Positions 20,735 to 31,008 are shown, counted from the first letter of the stretch. The stretch is 64,000 nt of DNA from a virus (IMGVR_UViG_2938655777_000006:16983-80982), one strand, 5' to 3'. Translations and numbers: made by a program. The notes: generated by a model not told the origin, from the letters alone.

Positions 20735-21472
20735 TTACACCTTGTAATTCATTAACGCGTCATATAGTTTATCTGGAATTTTATTATAGTATGAATTAGC
20801 CATATCTTTAATTAACTTTTCCTTGTATTGTTTATATGCCATATGTGCCTCTTGTGGTGTATCGTATATCCCAAGATAAATCGGTTTCCCATTTTTATTA
20901 CAACTTGCTTGATATTTTTTTGTTTTTTTATGGTAAGAGACACCCAATGGTGAATCTCCACCATCTGATCTTGTTCTTCCGTTAATCAACATATTTATAG
21001 AATTGGGGACAATTATGCAAGAATTTTCTGAATAAGTTTTATTATCTTTAGTTAATATGTCCTTATCTAGCATCATCACTTCGCCATCAATCTGATAATA
21101 ATTATTTTTGTACCATTTTGCGAAGTTTTGATAATTATGCCAGTCAGATGAAACATAGCATTCAGAGTACGAAATATCTCTTACACGATTCTTATTTGTA
21201 CCGTAACATCTTTCTATCATTCCTCTCCAGATGTTATGAGCCATGTCGTTCGAATCAAATACCCCGTATCCCATAAATCCAACATTACACAAACTGGGAA
21301 TGTAGGGATTTGCAACAGCTCCTCTTTTAAAGTTTCCATATCTTATGTTCTTCATAATGAATCCGTCATCAAACAGAATACTAATATTATTAGCGTTGTT
21401 ATAGGACACTATCTTCATTCTATGTCCACTATTTGTGTAGCCTATTTCACCAACGCGATAATTCTTCTTTAT
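20735..21472 (-). CDS. Free-standing HNH-like/AP2-domain homing endonuclease (ATA start)
   Basis: WRGMIERCY, W..Y.NFAKW, LDKD, CIIVP..IN, and C-terminal AP2-like YLGIYDTPQEAHMAY. SD AGGAGG is 8 nt before ATA 21472. Confidence 0.85.
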   Translation of the reverse strand: MKKNYRVGEIGYTNSGHRMKIVSYNNANNISILFDDGFIMKNIRYGNFKRGAVANPYIPSLCNVGFMGYGVFDSNDMAHNIWRGMIERCYGTNKNRVRDISYSECYVSSDWHNYQNFAKWYKNNYYQIDGEVMMLDKDILTKDNKTYSENSCIIVPNSINMLINGRTRSDGGDSPLGVSYHKKTKKYQASCNKNGKPIYLGIYDTPQEAHMAYKQYKEKLIKDMANSYYNKIPDKLYDALMNYKV

Positions 21473-21548
21473 AGTTTTATCCTCCTAAATAATTATTAAT
21501 ATAGGAGGGCAGTAGGAGTATACCCCACAATGAGTTACCCCAAAAAAT

Positions 21549-22835
21549 TTATTCTACTGTTGTATAAATTGCATCCAATAATCCTAATTCCTTATCCCAA
21601 ATAAACGCCTGACCAACCTTCAATGCTCCAATGTAGGCAGATTCAAAGTGCCAAGTATCAGTTCCAGTAGGAGAGTTTAGGTAGCGAACAATAACCCCGT
21701 TATCTTTTGTTACAGTCTTCTCGGAATGGAAGTGCCCAGCATGAACCTCATGATAAATTGTTCGTCCCCATGCTTCTCTTGCTTCTACTGGCATTACTTC
21801 TCCGATTCGTTTTCCTTCGGCATGCCCATGAGAAAATTGAATTAGGCACTTTCCGAACTCAACATACTTCCTAATCTTGGGATCTGTATCTACCGTCACA
21901 TTAGGATCATTTCTATACCATGCTGCAAGATGTTCAGTGGCAACATAGCTTGTCAATTTATCATGATTTGCTCCAACGTAGAACGTTTCTACAGGAGCAA
22001 ATTGAGATAATATGTCAACCGCTTCAACTAGCATATTCGTTCCAATTTTATACATTTGAGCGAACTTTAAATCGGTATCTTGTGGAGTTCCACCAGTCGT
22101 AGTCTTGGTTAATCCATCATAATGGAAAAAATCGTTACTCCAACAGAATAAGATTTTCTCAAATTTGTATGCCTGTGTTCTAGTCAGAACATCATTTATG
22201 ATATGGAAGAATCTCTCTCTTGCAATTTCCCAATTATATGTATCATTGGAGTCGCCTTGCCAAGCAAGTTTACCAAGGTGAATATCAGCAATAGAGACTT
22301 CGAGCATCATGCCATTTTTACTATAGCGAATTGGATTATGCGTCGGACGTATGTAGTTGTCTGACATTTCTTTAAACATAGATCGAATTGATTCAATGGA
22401 TAATTTATCCTTCTTGGGTTTAACCGAAATCTTACTGGCGTATAGTTGCATAATTCCATCTTTTTTTGAATAAGAATTCCAAATATTTGAGCGCGCAGAA
22501 ATTAGTTCCCACAAATCAGGATTATATCCGTGGGCTTTAAGTAGATAATTTACATCTTTAGAATCTTCAATGGACATTTTGATGAGCTTATTACTACTTT
22601 GTGAACCATCTTTATTGATCTCGATAGACTCTTTAAAATTTTCTGTGATAGAAGTTAGTTGGTTTTTATTCTTATCTTGGGTTCTAAGTCTATTCTTGAC
22701 CCATAGACGATATTGTTCACCGTCAGAAAACATTCCCTCACTAAAGTCTTCTGCGAGAGAAGACCAACTATCTATGATTTCTCTATTTCGTTTCTTAATC
22801 CCAATTTCAAGCAGTTTTTCAGGAGTCGTAGTCAT
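21549..22835 (-). CDS. Calcineurin-like metallophosphoesterase with N-terminal extension (YonJ-like)
   Basis: DIHLGK, NDFFHYD, GANHD, HGH, GHFH motifs. Confidence 0.85.
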   Translation of the reverse strand: MTTTPEKLLEIGIKKRNREIIDSWSSLAEDFSEGMFSDGEQYRLWVKNRLRTQDKNKNQLTSITENFKESIEINKDGSQSSNKLIKMSIEDSKDVNYLLKAHGYNPDLWELISARSNIWNSYSKKDGIMQLYASKISVKPKKDKLSIESIRSMFKEMSDNYIRPTHNPIRYSKNGMMLEVSIADIHLGKLAWQGDSNDTYNWEIARERFFHIINDVLTRTQAYKFEKILFCWSNDFFHYDGLTKTTTGGTPQDTDLKFAQMYKIGTNMLVEAVDILSQFAPVETFYVGANHDKLTSYVATEHLAAWYRNDPNVTVDTDPKIRKYVEFGKCLIQFSHGHAEGKRIGEVMPVEAREAWGRTIYHEVHAGHFHSEKTVTKDNGVIVRYLNSPTGTDTWHFESAYIGALKVGQAFIWDKELGLLDAIYTTVE

Positions 22836-22839
22836 TCAT

Positions 22840-23010
22840 TTACTCCTCTTCAATTTCTAGTCCAACTGGAATTTCATAGTCCTCAATCGGAGCAACTTTG
22901 ATTTTTTCACCATCAATTGTAATGGTGATCTTAGAGGCATTAGGGTATAGTCCAAAGGCTGCTTCTCGAATTCCATTCAAGCCAACCAATTTCTCTTTAT
23001 TTGATTCCAT
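22840..23010 (-). CDS. Hypothetical protein, 56 aa (MESNKEKLVG...)
   Basis: Read by hand; SD AGGGAG; stop lies next to the start of the following gene. Confidence 0.65.
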   Translation of the reverse strand: MESNKEKLVGLNGIREAAFGLYPNASKITITIDGEKIKVAPIEDYEIPVGLEIEEE

Positions 23011-23195
23011 ATATATTTGCTCCCTATATTATGTATTTTTTGATTCTAATCTATCTGCTTTTTTGTAGCTTACCCGATTAGGGTAAGATGGAGGGGAGAT
23101 TAACCCCTCAAGTATTTACTGTTTAACTTCTTCAGTCGTTAGTCTGCCATGTTTCATCTTGCAGGTTCCTTTGTTCAAGGCTTAGTTAAGTATTG

Positions 23196-23284
23196 AGTCA
23201 ATGCAGGGCGGCGTATCCTGATCTCTGGTAACTTCCATATTTGCATAAGGAAGCGCGTAGATTACCTTTTCTACTTCATTGACT
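23196..23284 (-). ncRNA. Candidate structured RNA (multi-stem junction with pseudoknot)
   Basis: Closing stem AGUCAAUG/CAUUGACU encloses three hairpins, one with a GCAA tetraloop; loop GGUAA is complementary to downstream UUACC. Confidence 0.5.
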
Positions 23285-23421
23285 TATATCTGGCTTGCGC
23301 CAACTTTACCACACACTCTTATATGGTGGTGAAACACCGATTTTTTTGATCCTTGTATATTTTCGTCTACCCACATGATTCAATGAGTAGACGTTTTAGA
23401 TTATGTATAATTAAGATAAAA

Positions 23422-23745
23422 TTACTGTTTTACTGTATCTTTTAGCGCTTTAGCGGCTTTAAATGCAGGCTTTTTCGACGCAGCGATAGCAATGGTAGCT
23501 TGTGTTTTGGCTGCTTCGGTATCTACACCTTGCTCTTTGAGTTCTGCTAGCAGTTTCGGATTAATGCCGTTTCGAGCAGCGGTTTCACGCACCTCAAATG
23601 TACCAAAGCCAGCAATCTTAACTTCTTCGCCTTTAGCCAATGCACTTGTAATAGTAGCAAATGTAGATTCGACTACAGCTTCAACGTCTTTTTTTGTATA
23701 ACCTGTAGTTTCTGCAATCACTTTTACCAATTCTGTTTTGTTCAT
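23422..23745 (-). CDS. hup: HU family DNA-binding protein with arm insertion
   Basis: MNKTELV..., GFGTFEV, RNGINP, KPAFKAAKALKD. Confidence 0.95.
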   Translation of the reverse strand: MNKTELVKVIAETTGYTKKDVEAVVESTFATITSALAKGEEVKIAGFGTFEVRETAARNGINPKLLAELKEQGVDTEAAKTQATIAIAASKKPAFKAAKALKDTVKQ

Positions 23746-23913
23746 AGTTATATAATCTCCCTTAAATTTGTTTTTGTTGTTTGGTGGGGGAATGTAAAGA
23801 TCTCTTCGCTTTGTATATCAGTCAAAACTTGTCCCCCTTAAAGACTATTAAGCGAACTGAATAAAAGTTCAAAAAATCCTTTTAAACATTGGGTTTTATG
23901 TATATTGTTATTT

Positions 23914-26514
23914 TTATGTCTCACGGGGACAATTTTTACTTCTTTGTTTTCTCTTTTTGTCACGCTCTTTTTCTTTTCGTACTATTTTGAAACAGTCGTC
24001 ACAATAAATCTGACGCTGTTTAGTTATGGTATATTTAACTCTGCATCTTTCACATGTTCCCAATTTATTTAGATTTCTTAATAAATTTTCCAATATAATA
24101 TCCCCGAATGATGACCATAGAGTTGTTTTAAAATTGCTTTTTTTGTTGTTATACAAGTACACAATTAAAACATCAACAATTTCGTTTCTACTTTTTTTAC
24201 TACTTGAAAATATATTTTCTCTTATGGATGTATAATGAAATAATTCGTCATTTGACTTTGTGTTTCCATCATTAGAGAACATAAACTTCTTATTCTTGTC
24301 TAATCTTTTGTAAACTTCAATTAAGTTCTCATCTAATAGTACAGGTTTTGTGGGATCGCTCAGCAAAAGGTTATAGTTGAATTTACCAGAGCCAATATTA
24401 TTAAAACTAATTCTAGGATTTGGGATAAGGGTTGACAGACGATTCATTACACTTTTATTTGAAAGCTCAACTTTTTTCTCTTCTTTGTCTTTTGCGTACA
24501 TAAAAAAGTAAGGCGCTTTTGATTTAGTATGCTTTAGTACGTTTTTCTTTATATGCTCTGGACGTTCTGGTTTGTACAGTGTTTTTGCATAATCGATTGT
24601 AAAGTTGTTTTCCATACATAAAATCTTGATAACATTAAGATCGATATTATCACTGTTCCAAATCTTCGTTATATCATTACTAATGATTCCAATGTTACCC
24701 CCCGTATACGCAGCGTTCAGTCCGTTAAATATACTCTTACTATTAACAAGTTCCGCTCCTGCCTTAGCCATCTCGTAATAAAGAGGGTATATACCTTGCA
24801 TGTTCCTCTTTGCAACATCGACTAGTGTTTTGTCGCAACAGACTAGGGCTTTGTCTCCGTCGTTGTCAAACATAAGTATCTTACTAATAGGATCATGAAT
24901 GCTGGTATATAAACTCTTAGTTACAAACCATCGCTTCATCTCTTTATTCTTCGAGTTCTTTCTTACGGCGTGTTCCCTATACAGATGAGGACTTCTAAGG
25001 CAATCTAGTTCAACAGCATTATCAAATAAATCACAAAACACTTCTGTATTCTTTAATAAGCCTTGAGGTTGATTAATTCCTAAGAAAAGATACTCACAAA
25101 ATGCATAGAGATCAGGGCTTATAAAAGTATACTTTCCCTCCACATCGATTTTTCCAGCTTTGGCATGTTTAATTAAACTTTTTTTCACTTGCTTAATTGT
25201 TTCTTTGCTATAAGTGTCGTTAAGAAGCTCTGGATAAATTTCCAGGGCTTTTTGGAAATGATTTTTGTGTTTGTTGTAGCTAGTGACACCCAAGATTTTT
25301 AGCATTGTGTCTTTGTCTGATCCAATTTTACGAATGTCTTGTACGGTTTCTGAGCTGATTATTTTTAGTTCTTCGTTTGTTATGTCGGTTAAAGTTTGCA
25401 TCATTTGATAATTTAATTTAGCGTATCCAATCACATCTTCTTCTTCATTGCACTTTCCAGCCTGACAATTATACTTTAAATATTTATTTATGTATTCTGA
25501 CCAAGAACTATAGTATTTCCACATTTTAAACTGACTCTTTGTAAAAATGACCTCTATTTCTTCTTTTAATATATCATGCTCTTTACCATAGATGTCTTTG
25601 ATGACTCCATATTTACTGTAGCCTACTTGTTTGTTTTTTTCTCTCAAAAATTTATCAAAAGGGAAGGGGACTAGTAACCCTTTGACCCAAGGAAGGCGAA
25701 TCATCATTGCTTTTTTACTTTTACGAGGTAAAATCATTCCACAACCATCTGTGTGTTCAATGGGAACATCCATAGCTTTACGTTCAATTTCATATGTTCT
25801 ATCTGAAATAAAGTCAACGGTAGTTTTTAGAGTTGTTGTCATATCATCAACGACAATAGACTTTTTAATATCAAAAGCGTGCCATTGTTCCGTAGCGCTA
25901 TTACAAAGAGCCAAGTATGCCAGATACTTGTTAATGTTTACGCCACCAAGTTCATTGATTTTTTCGATGGTTAATCCACACATTAATGTTCGCTGGTGAA
26001 CATGAAAAACCGATTCTTTAATAAATACAGTTTTCTTTGTTCTAATTTGCCCTGCACTTGCTGTAAAGCAAATATATTTCTCGTTGTTATAAAGAAATCC
26101 ATTAACAATGATATCTTTCAGAACATCGAAAAAGTATGTTTGTACTATGATTATATCTCTAAAGAGACTGCCTTCTTCAACTTGAAGGACTCTTGTTAGA
26201 GTTGAATCAAATACAGAAACAATATTCTTCAGATTTTTGCTATCAACTTCGTTTGGGCGAAGGGATCTAATAGTTTTATTAGATCTGAATAGAGCATATA
26301 GTTTATCTTTAGATTTTTTTATTCGTTTATTGGTGTACTTTAAGTATTGGTCAGTTTTGTTTAATAACATTGGATTATTCGAACATTTGCTTTTGATTTC
26401 TTTTAAGCTAGCTCTAAATCTATAATTTCTTTTTTGTCTTCTATGTATTTTCATTTCTTCTTCATCATAAAACGCGCTAGTATCGACACTAAATACATGT
26501 ACTTGTTTATTCAA
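23914..26514 (-). CDS. yonO: YonO-type single-subunit DNA-dependent RNA polymerase
   Basis: 866 aa; N-terminus resembles SPbeta YonO; TDGCG, RLPWVKG, LRSPH and catalytic DNDGD motifs. Confidence 0.92.
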   Translation of the reverse strand: MNKQVHVFSVDTSAFYDEEEMKIHRRQKRNYRFRASLKEIKSKCSNNPMLLNKTDQYLKYTNKRIKKSKDKLYALFRSNKTIRSLRPNEVDSKNLKNIVSVFDSTLTRVLQVEEGSLFRDIIIVQTYFFDVLKDIIVNGFLYNNEKYICFTASAGQIRTKKTVFIKESVFHVHQRTLMCGLTIEKINELGGVNINKYLAYLALCNSATEQWHAFDIKKSIVVDDMTTTLKTTVDFISDRTYEIERKAMDVPIEHTDGCGMILPRKSKKAMMIRLPWVKGLLVPFPFDKFLREKNKQVGYSKYGVIKDIYGKEHDILKEEIEVIFTKSQFKMWKYYSSWSEYINKYLKYNCQAGKCNEEEDVIGYAKLNYQMMQTLTDITNEELKIISSETVQDIRKIGSDKDTMLKILGVTSYNKHKNHFQKALEIYPELLNDTYSKETIKQVKKSLIKHAKAGKIDVEGKYTFISPDLYAFCEYLFLGINQPQGLLKNTEVFCDLFDNAVELDCLRSPHLYREHAVRKNSKNKEMKRWFVTKSLYTSIHDPISKILMFDNDGDKALVCCDKTLVDVAKRNMQGIYPLYYEMAKAGAELVNSKSIFNGLNAAYTGGNIGIISNDITKIWNSDNIDLNVIKILCMENNFTIDYAKTLYKPERPEHIKKNVLKHTKSKAPYFFMYAKDKEEKKVELSNKSVMNRLSTLIPNPRISFNNIGSGKFNYNLLLSDPTKPVLLDENLIEVYKRLDKNKKFMFSNDGNTKSNDELFHYTSIRENIFSSSKKSRNEIVDVLIVYLYNNKKSNFKTTLWSSFGDIILENLLRNLNKLGTCERCRVKYTITKQRQIYCDDCFKIVRKEKERDKKRKQRSKNCPRET

Positions 26515-26762
26515 ATTGATAACTTATTCTCCTCTGCAATAAGAGTTGTCTTGTGTGGCTCTCTATAATATTTTTTCTGAGCTTCATTCTTTAACCAAAT
26601 AACTTCATCATCGTGCTTCTCTATGTATTCATAACAATCCTCTGTGCCATCCAGCATCCAACCTGATACATCTCTCTCATCAAACACATCTACTTCATAT
26701 CCGTCATAGTACAAATCCTCCCAAGTAATAATTGAATGATTTCCTTTATTCTGTTTTTTCAT
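26511..26762 (-). CDS. Hypothetical acidic protein
   Basis: ORF track; stop overlaps the yonO start. Confidence 0.55.
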   Translation of the reverse strand: MKKQNKGNHSIITWEDLYYDGYEVDVFDERDVSGWMLDGTEDCYEYIEKHDDEVIWLKNEAQKKYYREPHKTTLIAEENKLSI

Positions 26763-26873
26763 TATGTATGATATTTTCCTCTCAAGTTATATTTTCAGAG
26801 ACAATTAATCTCTGTACGAACAATATATCACGACATATTCAAAGTCGTCAACAATACAATTATTTTCATTATA

Positions 26874-26902
26874 TTTACTTGTATAAAAATATGATGTATA
26901 AT
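26874..26902 (+). promoter_or_regulatory. SigA-type promoter of the YopP-like recombinase
   Basis: TTTACT-N17-TATAAT, overlapped by an inverted AAATATAATGAA motif (26865-26876). Confidence 0.55.
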
Positions 26903-26912
26903 AGATATAAAG

Positions 26913-27986
26913 ATGAATGGAGGTCGTAACATGAATGCAGCGTTAAATAATAATGTAGTTGGGTTGCATACTAACAGAGTATTTGAAAGTATTTCAGCAT
27001 ATCTAATGAAGGTTGAAAGAAGAAGTGAACATACGCGTTACAACTATGAAGTTGCGATTCGCAGATTCTTTATGTGGTATAGAAATAAGAATTTAGAAGA
27101 GTTAAAAGAAGAAGATCTCGATATTTTAAACGAACAAATGATTAGGTATCAGGCTCATTTATTGGATGATTATGATTATGGTCATAACTATGTAAATGCA
27201 CTGGCAGCTCCAATCGTTAAGCTGTATGAACATTTGTCTCGGAACAGATATAACGTAAAGGCAGAAGATGTCCGCTTAGACAAACTCCCAGACGATGGAG
27301 AGAGCTATGGCAAACTAACCGTAAAAGAAGCGGAGACAATGGCGAAGTTAGCAATGAAACAAAAAAAGGGACAAGAAAAAGCCACTCTCATTAGGGTTGC
27401 ATATACAACTAGCTTCAGAAAATCTAGTTTGCTACATATAAAATGGTCAGATATATATTTAGATGCAAATAGTCAAAATTATATAGTAAAAGTAATTGGT
27501 AAAGGAAATAAAAAACATTCTCGTCCTTTATCTCCAGATCTATATAATGAGATGTTAAAAATAAAAGAACATACCTACTATAAAAAATATAACGATAACT
27601 ATGTATTTCACCTGTCAGATAATACAATCCTAGCAATGATGAAAAATTTAAAAGCTGAAATGAATATCTCTGAGGATAGAAACATAGTTTTTCACAGTTT
27701 TAGGAATGTAGCGGCAAACTACATAAAAGAAACAGGAGGGGATATAGAGGAGATCAGAAGTCAACTTGGTCATTCAAACTATGCATCACTTAGACACTAT
27801 ATGTCTGATAATGAAGATTATGCGAATATGGCAGGTATTCGGATGCTAGAAGACATTGAAGATAATATTTTAGAAAAACTGAACAAAGAAGAATTATTGC
27901 AAGTCATTAACAAACAAAGTGAATCCATTAAAATCATATTACAAAGAGAAGCTAAAAAAATAATTAGCAAAAAGGAGAATAAATAA
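26913..27986 (+). CDS. Tyrosine recombinase family protein, SPbeta YopP (SroD)-like
   Basis: TSFRKS, FHSFRN, LGH and RHY give a full catalytic set; size (357 aa) and overall pattern resemble YopP. Confidence 0.85.
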   Translation: MNGGRNMNAALNNNVVGLHTNRVFESISAYLMKVERRSEHTRYNYEVAIRRFFMWYRNKNLEELKEEDLDILNEQMIRYQAHLLDDYDYGHNYVNALAAPIVKLYEHLSRNRYNVKAEDVRLDKLPDDGESYGKLTVKEAETMAKLAMKQKKGQEKATLIRVAYTTSFRKSSLLHIKWSDIYLDANSQNYIVKVIGKGNKKHSRPLSPDLYNEMLKIKEHTYYKKYNDNYVFHLSDNTILAMMKNLKAEMNISEDRNIVFHSFRNVAANYIKETGGDIEEIRSQLGHSNYASLRHYMSDNEDYANMAGIRMLEDIEDNILEKLNKEELLQVINKQSESIKIILQREAKKIISKKENK

Positions 27987-30226
27987 TTGAATGATATTAT
28001 TGAGTTAAAATTAACACCTGAAAAAATGATGTTCCCTAAAAGAGAAGCAGATAACAAGAATGATTTTAGAATTTATTCATGCAACACTCGAAGTACGGAG
28101 GTTAAACTGAATCCATATAACAATTTATCCATTAAGGGTATTATGCAGAGGTTAGAGCTGGGTGTAGAGTATGATGCACAAATACAATTAGATAAGGTAG
28201 ACCCGCAATACGGTGCAAGTTACAATGTATTATCAATCTATCAGGATATCCCTGAAACATTAGAGGGGCAAAGTGCATTTTTGGCAACGTTGATGACTGA
28301 TCTGCAATTAAAAGAAGTTTATAAAACATATCCAGAAGATAATGTTCTTCGATTGATAATTGATGATGAATTCGATTATAAAAAGGTAAAAAACTTTGGC
28401 CCCGTTGTTTACGGAAAAATCAGAGATCGAGTTATGGAAAATATAACTTATAAAGAAATTTTGAGTAAGTTGGGGAAATACGGGATAACGTATGATGTGA
28501 TTTTAAAGCTCGAACTGGTGTTTGGGAGCAAAGAACTAGCGATACAAAAAATAGAAGATAATCCGTATGAACTAACTAGACTACAAGGATTTGGATTCAA
28601 AAGGGCAGATAAGATAGCGAAAATGATGGGATTTTCTCATGACAATCCACAAAGAATAAAGTATGGCATAAGATATACACTTGATGAAAATCAACAAGGT
28701 GGGCATACCTTTATGTATAGAGAAGACCTTTTGCGAAGCGCTTCAGAAAAATTAGAAATTGAAATAGAAATGATCGACAACCTTCTAAATCAAACTGATG
28801 AGCTTAAATTTATTGGAGACAAGATATCTCTACTAAAAACATATAATTCCGAATACTACATAGCCAAAAGATTCAAAGAAATATTGAGTAGAGATGATGA
28901 GTTAGAATTTGATGCAGAAGAATACATAAAAGACATAGAAGAAAATAATAAAGAGTCGTTGAAAAACGGACTAACGCATCAACAAAAAGACTTTTTTAGA
29001 AATATACAAAAACATTCTATCAACTTATTAGTGGGATACGCAGGAACGGGAAAATCACAGTTACAAAAATTCCTTGTTGATTTACTTAAAAAATTAAAGC
29101 TTACATATGTACTGTTATCCCCTTCAGCTAAAGCAGCAAAAGTTACGAAGAAGTATACAAACACAGATGCTCAAACAATACATAGAAGAATAGGCTATGG
29201 CATGGATAAAGACGAGGAGCAAATGTATGAAATTTATGAGGACTTTGTAGTTATTGATGAATCTGGAATGACTGATGTATTTATTTTGTCTTCTCTATTG
29301 GCTAAAATAAGGAACCCTAAAACGAGACTATTATTTGTTGGGGATGATTTTCAGTTATTGTCAATTCAGGCAGGAAATTTCCTACATGATGCAATAGAAA
29401 GCGGAGCAATACCAATGACCAAGTTGGACATTGTATTTCGTCAAGGAGAAGGGGGAATTCTCGATATAGCAACTAAGATTCGTCAAGGAGAATTGTTTGT
29501 AGATAAAAATTTTAATGGCAAAAAACTTTTTGGCGACAACTTTTTGCTGCACTGTGTTGAGCAGATACACATGGAGTCGGGATATAAGAGTTATTACAAA
29601 GTGCTGCTAAATAATTTTAAAGCTGAAGATATCATGGTGCTATCCCCCACAAAAAAAGGTAAGTTGGGAACTATTGAAATAAATAAATATATACAGTCAT
29701 TAGTTAATCCATTAGATGATAACAAAATTCAGTACGAATATGGATATGATAATGTTATTAGAGTTGGAGATTATGTCCTTAACACAATTAATATGTACCG
29801 CATTGCCAGTATGCTTGGCGAAGCGATTGATGTTGTCAATGGGGATTCGGGTAAAGTGATAGATATTAAACTTGAAGATGAGAGGAAGCCAGAAAAGGAT
29901 GAGGATTTAACTGAAAAAGAAAAGAAAGGTATCATAATAAAGATTGATGATGAACTAGTTAGGCTAGACTTATCTCTAGCAACTCAACTGTTATCTGCAT
30001 GGTCTCTTACTATACATAAATCACAAGGCAGCTCAGCAGAATCCACTTTGATCCTTGTTGATAGATCAATAAATTTCAAATTAGTGCAAATCTGATATAT
30101 ACAGCTATTACAAGAAGTGTACATAAATGTATACTATTAACTCAAGCAGAAACTTTGAACTATGCTATAAGAAAGGTAGACAGTATGAGAAGAAATACTC
30201 ATCTGTGCGATTTACTAAAAAATTAA
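27987..30226 (+). pseudogene. recD2: RecD2-like SF1B helicase interrupted by a frameshift near 30069
   Basis: GYAGTGKS, IDESGM, LFVGDDFQL, VFRQ, TIHKSQG. Motif VI (YTAITR) lies in the -1 frame, which ends at TAA 30226. Confidence 0.85.
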
Positions 30227-30229
30227 AAT

Positions 30230-30904
30230 ATGAGTGATAATATAACTAAAACGAAGCAATCTATACGTCTCCTATCAAAGTCTGTAAGAGATTCAAGTTT
30301 AAATGCAAATGATTTTTGCATGATCTTGTATCTTAAATATCTAATTTGGAAAAGTGGAGACAAGTACGAGTTTATGGTGTCTGTCTCAGATATGAAAATG
30401 TATTTGAGTATATCTGATAACAGAACTATTAAGTCATCATTTCAAAATTTGTATGAATCAGAATATTTACTTAATGCGATTGAAGAAATAAAACCTAATA
30501 AGCCGATTATGCTTACTCTCAATGAATGCAAATTTAACACAGAAATAAGAAGTGAGAAAGAATTTTATACCTCTCTTCCTATTAATGTGCTGTATGGAAT
30601 TAAAGATGGAAAACTTGATAGAAAAGAAGCTCGGTTACTGTACTATATAAAAAGCTATATAAACTACAGTGATCCAAATAAGAGATATTGTTATACTGGA
30701 ATTGAAAAAACGATGAAGACAGAATTAAATATGAGTAGTAATACAATACCTAAATACACAAAGAAACTCGTAGATAAGAAATTGATTGTAATAGAAAAGC
30801 ATAACTTAAGCACAAGTTACCAGTATGATGAGGAAGGCAATCTATTATTTACTAAGTATAATAATCATTATTACATCAATATGAACGCCTTGGAAGCACT
30901 GTAA
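30230..30904 (+). CDS. Putative replication initiator (tandem winged-helix-like protein)
   Basis: 224 aa with two similar halves; immediately followed by iterons. Confidence 0.55.
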   Translation: MSDNITKTKQSIRLLSKSVRDSSLNANDFCMILYLKYLIWKSGDKYEFMVSVSDMKMYLSISDNRTIKSSFQNLYESEYLLNAIEEIKPNKPIMLTLNECKFNTEIRSEKEFYTSLPINVLYGIKDGKLDRKEARLLYYIKSYINYSDPNKRYCYTGIEKTMKTELNMSSNTIPKYTKKLVDKKLIVIEKHNLSTSYQYDEEGNLLFTKYNNHYYINMNALEAL

Positions 30905-30913
30905 TTTTTCCTA

Positions 30914-31008
30914 ACCTCAATTCATGCAACATCTTACCTCAAATCATGCAATGTTCACCCTCAATTTATGCAAGGGTCTACCTCAATTCATGCTGCACGA
31001 TTTGAGGT
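30914..31008. repeat. Iteron array: four 16-bp direct repeats at exact 22-bp period plus one inverted copy (putative origin)
   Basis: ACCTCAATTCATGCAA 30914, ACCTCAAATCATGCAA 30936, CCCTCAATTTATGCAA 30958, ACCTCAATTCATGCTG 30980; inverted GCACGATTTGAGGT 30995-31008. Confidence 0.85.

Noticed and set aside
20735-21472. HNH gene as part of a group I intron
   Set aside because: Flanking genes are complete and different; no split ORF or intron core seen
23196-23284. Assignment to hammerhead, twister, pistol or a known riboswitch
   Set aside because: Conserved cores (e.g. CUGAUGA/GAAA) not found by eye; left unassigned pending cmscan
30914-31008. Regularly spaced repeats as a CRISPR array
   Set aside because: Spacers are only 6 nt, repeats are 16 nt, and no cas genes are present; fits iterons
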